From Octopus sinensis (lineage: Eukaryota), in contig NC_043007.1 in the NCBI RefSeq assembly GCF_006345805.1, forward strand, positions 38,998,001 to 39,062,000: DNA of 64,000 nt. Direction: 5' to 3'. Of this stretch, positions 53,693 to 64,000 are shown piece after piece (the first letter of the stretch is position 1; each line of letters starts with the position of its first letter). A model generated the notes under the pieces. The model was not told where the DNA came from, made no database searches, and saw only the letters and a program-made list of their open reading frames with translations. The position numbers were made by a program, and so were the translations under genes.

Positions 53693-55668
53693 TTAATAAG
53701 CATTCATTGACAAAGTAATCTGAAAGCTTAAAGGATTAAGCAAATCCTTTGAAATTTCTCTTTCCTACAAAGAGATCAGTAAATGGAGTAACAGCTGTTA
53801 CTGTTGTTTAGTCACAAGATGGCCCTGATCAAACAGAACTGTGATCAGACAATTTAGCCATGACCATCTCTCCCTTTCAGGAGTGTAAAAGGCAGAGGAT
53901 TGAAAGAGTTCTTAGAGCATCAGATAAAATGCATTGTGATCTTGGTCCTAGTTCTCTGTGCTAAGAGTTCAGATCTCTCCAAGATCAACTTTACTTTTCA
54001 TCCCTTCAGGGTTGATAAAAGAAAGTACTACTTCAGAAATGGTGCCACTTCAGTGAAAGTACCACTTCAGTGAAAGTACCACTTCAGTGATGTTGCAGTG
54101 CAGTGCACACACACACACTCATTGTTCGGAAACATAACATCAATCATCTGAATATCTCCAGCCTGATGGTGGTGTTGGTAGTAGTAGTGATGGCAGGGGT
54201 CTGTGAAAGACATGGATCTTGCTTTCACCCTCACCATCTCTCTCTCTCTCTCAAATCTTTAATTGAAAAAATTCTCCTGTAAACATGATGACTTACAGCT
54301 TGTTATCATGTTACTTTCACATTGTAAAGAACAGCAAAGTAAAAATACCTTCACTGAAGAATGGGTAAGGGTTAGCAACAGGAAAGGTATCCAGCCATAG
54401 ATTACTATTTAGATAAATCTTCATCTAACCCATATTGTTATTATGTACACTTTTCATACCTGCAGAGATTGGATGGAGTTTACAGAGGCAGATTTCCTAC
54501 AGTTGGATAGAGGCTCTTCCTGTTGTCAGCTCCTGCCTGTTTCCTGAGCAAGGCCATAATATTTCGTCCATATCCAGACCAGATTTTGCAGAATATTAGA
54601 AATAAATAACACTGCTTGTATGACAGTCATACTCATTTGCATTCATATCAAGTGATATGAAGGCAAAAAGACACAAATACACACACATACACACATACAT
54701 GTACAACCATACGCCCCTCGACAACATGCACCAGACTAAATGTTTAGTAACATTTCTTCTGGTTTTTCATTCTGAGTTCAAATGCCCTTGGAATCAATTT
54801 TACCTTTCATCCTTTCAAGGGTGATAAAATAAGTACCAGTTGTGCACGGGGGTTGATGTAATTGACTTACTACCTCCTCCGAAATTCCTGGCCTTGCACC
54901 AAAATTTGCAACCTTTATCAGGACAGAGAAAGGGATTAAGTCGATTACATCGACCCCAGTGCGTAACTGGTACTTAATTTATCGACCCCGAAAGGATGAA
55001 AAGCAAAGTTGACCTTGGCGGAATTTGAACTCAGAACGTAGCAGCAGACAAAATACTGCTAAGCATTTTGCCCGTTATGCTAATGTTTCTGCTAGCTCGC
55101 CGCCTTACCATTTCTGTCTACCAAATTCTTTACATTTCTGTCTACCAAATCCATTCTCAAGGCTTTAGTTGGACCAGGGCCATTGTAGAAGACATTTGCC
55201 CAAAGTGCCATGCAATCTGAAACCATATATGGCTGGTAAGCAAGCATTTTAGCAGTTTTTGAGCCCATTGCCACTCCTGTGCCATACAAGCATAGAAAAA
55301 AAGAAAAAGACATAGAAATGACAATGATGATGATGATGATGATGATGATATAATGGCTGCAGTAGATTTGGACTTCTAAATACCAAGCACAGAGTGGACT
55401 CACACAATTCAGCTTATATAACTCGTGCGATGGTATTAGTTACGGAAATATTTCATTTATTAATATTTTACTTTGTCAATCTCTTTAATGAATTATGTAG
55501 ATGAATAAATAGATAAACAGATAAAAAAAAATGTCAAGCAAAAAAAAAAAAAACAGGTAGACACGGGAGGTGAGTAGGTGGTGGGTGGGGGCCCCAAAAA
55601 TGTTTTAATAAGAAATAAGATCTTAATAAGAACACACCCTACCACAAAGGTGTGTTGAATGAACTTAC

Positions 55669-55696
55669 CTGCGAGGAGACTTAGATGAGTGGATGG
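55669..55696 (-). other. Possible upstream microexon of the host gene
   Basis: Consensus donor cag|gtaagt and acceptor gtctttag| (alternative acceptor 15 nt further upstream). Two frames open, no homology support. Confidence 0.3.
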
Positions 55697-55805
55697 CTAA
55701 AGACACACAATCTGGTTATTATGTACAAACGAACAAAGTTATGTTAAATATGTTTTTGAACATAATTCGTTCCAGTGCACATAAATCACACACACACGCA
55801 CACAC

Positions 55806-55847
<42 letters not shown>

Positions 55848-55922
55848 AAACACACACAAACAGACACATACATAAAAAGCACATTCGCACACATACAAAC
55901 ACATATGTGTGTGTATGTATGT

Positions 55923-55978
<56 letters not shown>

Positions 55979-56018
55979 GTATATGTATATGTGTATGTAT
56001 ATATGTGTGTGTGTAAAT

Positions 56019-56059
<41 letters not shown>

Positions 56060-56277
56060 TAAATTCCTCTATTTACATAATATCGAGGTCTCTTCCATTC
56101 TTTTGTTGTCTTACCATTTTTATCAATATATATATACATATATATATACATATACATATACATATACATATATATATAATATATACCTATATATATACAT
56201 ATACATATATATATAACATATATATATATATATACATATATATATACATATACATATATATATACATATACATATAC

Positions 56278-56310
<33 letters not shown>

Positions 56311-56975
56311 ATATAATATATATATATTACATATATATATATAATATAATATATATATATATAATATGTGTCTGAGTGGTTATGTATATACACATGTGTC
56401 TATCTATAACACATAAATATACTTATCCACACAAATATGTATATACTTTTACATAACTATACATTCCATGGTGTGTGTGTGTGTGTGTGTGTGGTGGGGG
56501 GGTGTATGTGTATGTGTGTATGTTTGTATGTGTGTGTGTGTCTATTAAATAGAAATAGGTTGTTAAAACATTTGAAGATGTGAAGGGGTAGTGCTATGTT
56601 CTTGTTTTTCTAAAAAAGAAACAAAAATATCGAGAACATTATCTTCTTCTATGCTTATTTTTCTTTATTTCAAATTTTCTTTTACTGTTTTTTTCTGTTG
56701 TGTGACCACAGGATAGATCCAAGACATGAAGATGGTCAATACTCAAAATTATGAATTTCACAGACTTATTCTTCAACCCTTTAGCATTCACACTCCTCTG
56801 TCAAAAGTGATGCTTATTTATTCACATTGTTTTGAATTATTCATGCCTTATCTCATGATATTGAGATTTTGATGAGGTAACTGTTAATTTTTAGAATGAT
56901 ATTGTAGAGTTGGTGCAAGAGGCCATATCTGGCCAGTTTATTTTTACTTGTTTCAGCCGTCATATATATGTTTAC

Positions 56976-57012
<37 letters not shown>

Positions 57013-57108
57013 TTAAGCAAAATTTAGATTCAGATGAATATGGTACTTAAGACAAAGGCACCAGAATTTTGTATGGTATTATCCATATAAATCCATGGGG
57101 TGATTACA

Positions 57109-57253
57109 ATCAAAATAAGCAACAAGTATATCCGAGGTAATGTGGTACAATCGTAGCATAAAACTGATGTAATACTTACAGTGTTTAATAAAATGAAGTA
57201 GCATGAAACAATTGTATCATATTACCTCGGATATACTTGTTGCTTATTTTGAT
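57109..57253. repeat. Palindromic element adjoining (TA)n
   Basis: ATCAAAATAAGCAACAAGTATATCCGAGGTAAT and its exact reverse complement. Confidence 0.85.
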
Positions 57254-57776
57254 ATATATATATACATACACACATGTATGTATGTATAAAATCATCATTT
57301 TTACATCCACTTTTCTATACTTGCATGAGTCAAATGAAATTTGGCGGGCAGATTTCCTATGACCATATGCCATTCCTATCATCAACACTCTTTCCATTAA
57401 CCCTTCTTTTCAGCTTTGGCAATATTTCCCCATGGCCGGATGTGCTTTCAGACAACAGAAAACAATTTAGTCCCTGTTATCCATGTGGACATGGATTAGA
57501 CAAAATTTAACCAAGACTGGTAAGCTGGAGAGCTGTATCCAAGCTTCAGTCTGATTTGGCATGGTTTCTACAGCTTAATGTCCTTCCTAATGCCAACCAC
57601 TCCAAGAGTGTAGTAGGTGCTTTCACATGTCACCAGCACGGGTGCCTTTTATGTGTCTCTGACATGGATGCCTTTCATGTGTCACCAGCACCGGCCATGA
57701 CTACAACTTCATTTGACTTGATGTGTCTTCTCAAGCACAGCCATCAATCATCATATCAGCAAATATGATACACATA

Positions 57777-58190
57777 AGGCGGTGCGCTGGCAGAAACGTT
57801 AGCATGCCAGGCGAAATGCTTAGCGGTATTTCGTCTGCGGTTATGTTCTGAGTTCAAATTCTGCCGAGGTCGACTTTGCCTTTCATCCTTTCGGGGTCGA
57901 TAAATTAAGTACCAGTTACGCACTGGGGTTGATGTAATTGACTTAATACCTATGCCTGTCTTTGTTTGTCCCCTCTATGTTTAGCCCCTTGTGGGTAATA
58001 AAGAAATAGGTATTTCGTCTGCGGTTATGTTCTGAGTTCAAATTCTGCCGAGGTCGACTTTGCCTTTCATCCTTTTGGAGTTGATAAATTAAGTACCAGT
58101 TATACACTGGGGTCATTGTAATTGACTTAATCCCTTTGTCTTTCCTTGTTTGTCCCCTCTATGTTTAGCCCCTTGTGGGCAATAAAGAAA
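57777..58190 (+). mobile_element. SINE family B, partially dimeric copy
   Basis: Head GGCGGTGCGCTGGCAGAAACG, B-box GAGTTCAAATTC, conserved core GCCTTTCATCCTTTCGGGGTCGATAAATTAAGTACCAG, tail GTCCCCTCTATGTTTAGCCCCTTGTGGGTAATAAAGAAAT, body repeated from ~58010. Other copies at ~391-590, 1535-1740, 19408-19810, 53215-53445, 54920-55105(-). Confidence 0.88.
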
Positions 58191-58220
58191 TGAATATGAT
58201 ACACATATTGGATGACTCAC

Positions 58221-58337
58221 ATAGCAAATGATACGATAGATATTTGTTGGTTCTCCTCATACAAGAGCAAACACCAACTGTCAAGCCGAAATGACCAGAT
58301 ATCTGATCTCCAAAAATTCCATCCATGGCCGTCCTGT
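58221..58337 (-). other. Possible 117-nt exon with GCCATGG start context
   Basis: Acceptor ttctgctctcttacatacctttgaag|, donor tat|gtgagt. Open as RTAMDGIFGDQISGHFGLTVGVCSCMRRTNKYLSYHLL. A plus-strand exon reading is also possible here. Confidence 0.3.
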
Positions 58338-58488
58338 CTTCAAAGGTATGTAAGAGAGCAGAATCGAATGTACTTTGTTAATATTTGATTATTGAAGATG
58401 TTGGTGATGAATGATAATAAAAAGTTATCTGCTGATAGGAAATGGCACGTATGAATGAATGAGATGACACAACATATATATCGATATG

Positions 58489-58547
<59 letters not shown>

Positions 58548-58569
58548 ATGTGCGCGCGCGCATGTGTGT

Positions 58570-59335
58570 GTGTGTTCATTGTTCAATATTGCTGAATATG
58601 CTATCTATATGATAGAGTAATGATGTTACTATGTATTTATAGGTTGTGTGTGAGTGTGTGTGTGTGTGTGTGTGTAAGTGTGTGTGTGTGTTCATTGTTC
58701 AATATTGCTGAATATGCTATCTATGATAGAGTAATGATGTTACTATGTATTTATAGGTGATGAGTGTGTGTGTGTGTGTGTGTGTGAGTGCTAATCTTTG
58801 TAAGCAAAAGGAAAACAATACCCTGTGCATGTTGCAGAGTTTATATTGATTAAGAAACTATTGATGCGTGTGGGTGTTACTCATTCACATGCACATGTGT
58901 GTGTGTGTAGGAAAGTAAATATTTCACACGCATACACGCACACACATTAAATATGAAGAAGCCGAACAGTCATTCATATATATTTGCACACACACTCACA
59001 CACACACACGCACACACATACACACACACATGCACACACACATGCACATACACACACGTGTGTGTAGGAAAGTAAATATTTCACACACATACACGCACAC
59101 ACACATGCACACACATACACACACACACATGCACACACACATGCACATACACACACGTGTGTGTAGGAAAGTAAATATTTCACACACATACACGCACACA
59201 CACATGCACACACATACACACACACATGCACACACACATGCACATACACACACGTGTGTGTAGGAAAGTAAATATTTCACACACATACACGCACACACAT
59301 TAAACATGAAGAAGTCGACCAGTCATTCATATATG
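58570..59335. repeat. Microsatellite-bounded tandem duplications
   Basis: A ~73 bp unit twice (58572, 58688), and GTGTGTAGGAAAGTAAATATTTCACAC four times (~58903, 59059, 59160, 59256) separated by (CA)n. Confidence 0.85.
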
Positions 59336-59387
59336 TACACACACACACACACTCACACGCACACACACATGCGCACACACACATGCA

Positions 59388-59422
<35 letters not shown>

Positions 59423-60144
59423 GTGAAGAAAGATATGCGTACATGTGAAACTCCTGTTTTCTTTCACAGAATACTGTCATGAAGACACAATTAGAATAAA
59501 ATATAATTAAAAAGAAGGGAATGTTGATGTTATTATGAAATAAGAATCCATCATTGGCGTGTTTAGAAAAGAAACAGGCTCTATTATAAAGAATATCGTG
59601 GGACTATAGAATTAATTTAACACTTTTTTAGCGGAAATGAAATGAGAAAAATAATTTTTTTTCTTTCATCAGTCGATGTTTTAATTTCTGACCAATCCCA
59701 GCAATGAAGCAATTGTCATGTGACCTTATATGCAATGCTGTGAACCTAGATACCTCTCGCATTGCTATTGTTTATACACAATACATTACCTTATTATCAT
59801 CAATATCATTATCTTTGCCATAAGCATTGAGCAAAGGAAGAAGCCTCCATGTAAGTGGTCAATCTGCTAGAAACAGCAGCTAAATTTTTCCTTCAATCAC
59901 ACCCTATGATATTATCATCATTTTAACCTCTACTTTTCTATGCCTGCATAGGTCAGACAAATTTTATTGAGGTAGAATCTTTTTAAAGCAGGATGCATTT
60001 CTTTCTGTTGCCAAACCTTACTTGTTTTTAAGTAAAGTAATATTTCTCCATAGAGTGACCCGCTGTGCTTGAGGAGACCTATTGAGTCAAGTATGTCAAC
60101 GTCAACATCAACATCAAAATAAAAATCAAATGGAAATTGTAATT

Positions 60145-60410
60145 ATGATACCTGTGCCGGTGGCACATAAGAAGCACCAACCGATCATGGTCATTTGCCA
60201 GCCTCCTCTGGCCCCTGTGCTGGTGGCACGTAAAAAGCACCCACTACACTCACGGAGTGGTTGGTGTTAGGAAGAGCATCCAGCTGTAGAAACACTGCCA
60301 GATCAAGATTAGAGCCTGGTGCAGCCTCCTGGCTTTCCAGATCCCGGTCGAACCATCCAACCCATGCTAGCATGGAAAGCGGACGTTAAACGATGATGAT
60401 GATGATGACT
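60145..60410 (+). mobile_element. Repeat family D (SINE/LINE-tail-like) with (GAT)n tail
   Basis: Core TGGTTGGTGTTAGGAAGAGCATCCAGCTGTAGAAA (resembles the V-SINE domain from memory), variable GGCACRTAAAAAGCACC units, (GAT)n tail. Other copies at ~5330-5655(+), 17457-17720(-), 24290-24545(+), 41445-41970(-), 53040-53525(-). Confidence 0.8.
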
Positions 60411-61260
60411 AAGACATGTTTTTGAAGAATATGGAAAATGAATCATGAAGGCAACACTCATTTATAACTCTCGTATAATGTCAAGATAAGGAAACACAAA
60501 TACACATCTCTCTTTCTCTCTCTCATTCACTCTCTCTCACACACTCACACACACACACACACACACAATCATATGTTGACAAGTCCTTTGACTCCTTGGG
60601 GCTCATTGAGGTGTTACAGCTATGCAGTGTATCTAGTAGTATGAAAAATGAAAAAGCCTGGTGGAGCCCATCCATTCTCCAGGCTGAACTCATTTCTATG
60701 GTTGAGTGGACTGGATCAATGTGAAATGAAGTGTTTTGCTCAAGAACACAACTCATTGCTCGGTCCAGGAATTGAAACCACAATCTTACAGTTGTGAGTC
60801 CAACACCCTAACCACTAAGTGATGAACTTCCCTCTGCATTCATTCATTCATTCATACATACATATACATACATACATACATACATACATACATACATACA
60901 TACATACATACATACATACATACATGCATACATGCATGCATGCATGCATACATACATACATACATACACATACATACATACATACATACATGCATACATA
61001 GAGACAATGAGCTTCCGGGTGTAATAGTGAAAAAAACAAGAATAAAAAAAAAAGGTGTGTCGGTCAGAACTGGAATGCTTTGATCACATACACATGCTTG
61101 GTGAGGATTGAAAATGAGGTTTACATTACTGGTATTTAATATCATTAATGCGGTAACAAGTTTACCTCCCAACCACAAGGTTTCAGGTTCAGTCCCATTG
61201 TGTGGCACTTCAAGCAAAGTGAAAGAAGCATGTTGTTACACACACATACACAGATAGATA

Positions 61261-61695
61261 ACTTCCTTTATTAGCCATACAGGGCTAGACACAGAGGGGA
61301 CAATTACAATGTTGAGTTTTTCTTTTCAAGGGGTGGGGGCGAAAAAAAAAAAGGCAACCATCAAAAGGGATCGAAATCATTGGGGATATATGCAAAAATA
61401 GAGTCAAAATGGTACAAAAAGTTCCCAAGAAATGGGGAGGTTTATCTGTGGAAAGAAAAAGCTACGAAAAGACTACAGTAACCTCGGGCAATAATGTCAC
61501 ATATGAATATTTCTATTTACAAATAAGTAACTCTCTGTTTTAAATTTTTACGGTTCATAGGATCATGCTCAAGGTGGCTTCGTCATTCATACGTGCCACC
61601 CTTGCTACATTTACCCATCTTTTTCTGAAACATTTGCTAGACAAAATTTCCCTCTCTACTCTCACCTTCCTTTTCAAGTGATACTTGTAAAAGTT
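61261..61695 (-). mobile_element. Tx1/L1-like LINE 3' end (ORF C-terminus plus 3' UTR)
   Basis: KYHLKRKVRVEREILSSKCFRKRWVNVARVARMNDEATLSMIL*, then a U-rich UTR ending GTCCCCTCTGTGTCTAGCCCTGTATGGCTAATAAAGG. Clade assignment is from memory of the C-terminus. Confidence 0.6.
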
Positions 61696-64000
61696 GATGA
61701 GAATTTGACCAGAGAGGAAAGTATTTGTCTCTAATCCTTTCAGACCGAGCAGTGCATTGTGTTCTTGTGCAAAACACTTTATTTGATATTGCTCCAGTCT
61801 ACTCAGTTGTAAATGGATAACCCTGTGACAGAATAGTCCTTTGATCAGGGGTGATATTGGCCAGCTCACCTGACCAATGGAGAGGCATCATTTGAAGGCT
61901 AGAACAATGCAAAGTGCATTGTGACTAGTGATGTATAACAACATCCTATTGTCTGATCAATAGTGCGATACTGTGATATATATATATTCTTTTATTCTTT
62001 TACTTGTTACATTCATTTGACTGTGGCCATGCTGGAGCACCACCTTGAAGGATTTTTTTAGTTGAAGAAACCGACTCCAGGACTTAGTCTCTGTAAGCCT
62101 AGTACTTATTCTATCAGTCTTTTTTGCTGAACTGCTAAGTTACAGGGAAGTAAACACACCAATACTGGTTGTCAAGCAATGGTGGTGGTGGTGGTGGGAA
62201 CAAACACAGGCACAAAGGCACACACACATAAATATATACATACGATGATGATGATGATACACATACACACACATATATATATATATATATACAATGGGCT
62301 TCTTTCAGTTTCCATCTACCAAATCCACTCACAAGGCTTCGGTAAGTCTGAGGCTATAGTAAAAGACACTTGACCAAGGTGCCATACAGTGAGACTGAAC
62401 CTGGAACTATGTTGTTGGAAAGCAGACTTCTTACCACACAGCCATGCCTACACCTATAAAATAAATTTTTTTATCAGAGGTTTGTTTTTCATGGCATTAT
62501 GGAGGTCCTTTAAAAACTCACATTCAGATACAACACACGGCTATATCGTATCCAGGTCTACAACATCTAATGCATCTTCTGACCCTTCCAACAAATCTAG
62601 GTGTTTTTTTTTTCTTTGCTCTTAAGATGATCAAGGTGTAATTTGAGACTGACTTGCCTGCTATTTCTAGCAATCCTACAAAAGACATCCTGTTTGCACA
62701 GCCAGGATTTGTATAAAATAAACATGGCATTGATTACACTAAATTAAATGATGTTTGTTTACTTCCCTCTTCACTCTCTGTGATTGCAATAATCAAATCA
62801 TAAACCCGAAGATTTTCTTTGAAATAATGAATAAGATCATGGGATGTGGTACGGGGTGGGAAGGAACAATGTCAACAGAAATATAGGGCTTGTGAAAATA
62901 ATTTGGGTCAAAGATTTGCTGACTTTGTAATGTTAAGTGCTTGACCTAAGTAAATGTTTCTCTCAATAAATTAGAGGGCTTAATGTCCATCTATTTTGTT
63001 TCTTTGTTTTCACTTTGCTGGGTCTTTTTTTTGTTGTTGTTTCTTTTCTATGCCAATATGTATATTTGGCTGGTAGTCTGTCTCTTAGTGTATGTGTGAG
63101 TGAATACACATCTATCTTTCTCTTTGAGTATGTGTGTGAATACACCTATCTGTTCATCCAGCCCTCCATTGATATAAATGTGTGTGTGTGTGTGCGTGTG
63201 CATGCATGTGTATGTGTGCATATGTGAGTGTGAATGTGTGTGTGTATGTCTGTCCCTCCAGCCATCAATACACACACACACATACATACATACATGCATG
63301 CATGCATACATACATACATACTTACATAGGAAGCACTGTCGGTTACGACGACGACGGGTCCCAGCTGATACGATCAACGGAACAGCTTGCTCGTGAAATT
63401 AACGTGTAAGTAGCTGAACACTCCACAGACACATGTACCCCTAACGTAGTTCTTAGGGAGATTCAGTGTGACACAGTGTGTGACAAGGCTGGCCCTTTTG
63501 AAATACAGGTACTACTCATTTTTGCCAGCTCAGTGGATTGGAGCAACGTCAAATAAAGTGTCTTGCTCAAGGACACGTGTCACCGGGAATTGAACTCACA
63601 ACCTTACAATCGTGAGCCAAATGCCCCTAACCACTAAGGCCTCTGTGGGCCTTAATCTAGTCCTGCTCAGGTGGGCAGGTATCAAAAGGGTTAAAGCAAC
63701 CTTCTTCAACACTTTGAATTTCTCTCTCTCTCTCCACATTTAATGACAATCGGTATGGCTTTTGTAAAATCAGATCTGTTGCAGACTTACTCTTCTACAT
63801 TACTCTTCTGTGAGTTGTCACCCAGAAGAAATATGCTGAAAGCAGAGTTGTTGCAACCTGCAACATTTTTAAGTGTAATGGCAATTCCACCAGACCATGG
63901 GTCATTTGTTATCCTTCAGACTTCACTTATAAATTTACATAGTCTGTCATGAGTCCTAGGACTTATAAGGCCAAAGCTTAATCCAGTTACTATAGCATAT

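Noticed and set aside
58903-59335. CRISPR-like array of a constant 27-mer with spacers
   Set aside because: Spacers are (CA)n-derived and near-identical, the context is eukaryotic, and there are no cas genes.
62520-62610. Minus-strand exon with a gtgagt donor
   Set aside because: All three frames hit stops. More like a decayed CR1-type RT remnant.

Overview
AT-rich, microsatellite-saturated eukaryotic DNA. The SINE families and repeat texture look like an octopus (coleoid cephalopod) genome; this is recognition, not a database match. Almost all ORF-track entries are microsatellite or SINE artefacts. Real coding signal is (i) a minus-strand intron-rich host gene recovered from splice sites (exons 20948-21034, 12071-12090, 7394-7513, possibly 3340-3369, 1156-1222), encoding an NPxF-type motif and the start of a PDZ domain (GLGFNISG), and (ii) decayed transposon ORFs (Tc1, RTE, Penelope-like RT/GIY-YIG, two R4/Dong-like RLE LINEs, a Tx1/L1-like LINE end). 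The main discovery is a set of at least six sequence-unrelated non-coding elements at or within (TA)n tracts that carry type I hammerhead ribozyme folds with short, palindromic or near-palindromic stem III. They occur as tandem arrays, direct-repeat-flanked units or inverted ribozyme pairs. The best example is a 1.6 kb head-to-head array of a ~478 bp hammerhead monomer (33578-35180) inserted in the internal microsatellite of a SINE. Two SINE families share 3' tails with LINE-like fragments in the same window. All folds and alignments were done by eye.
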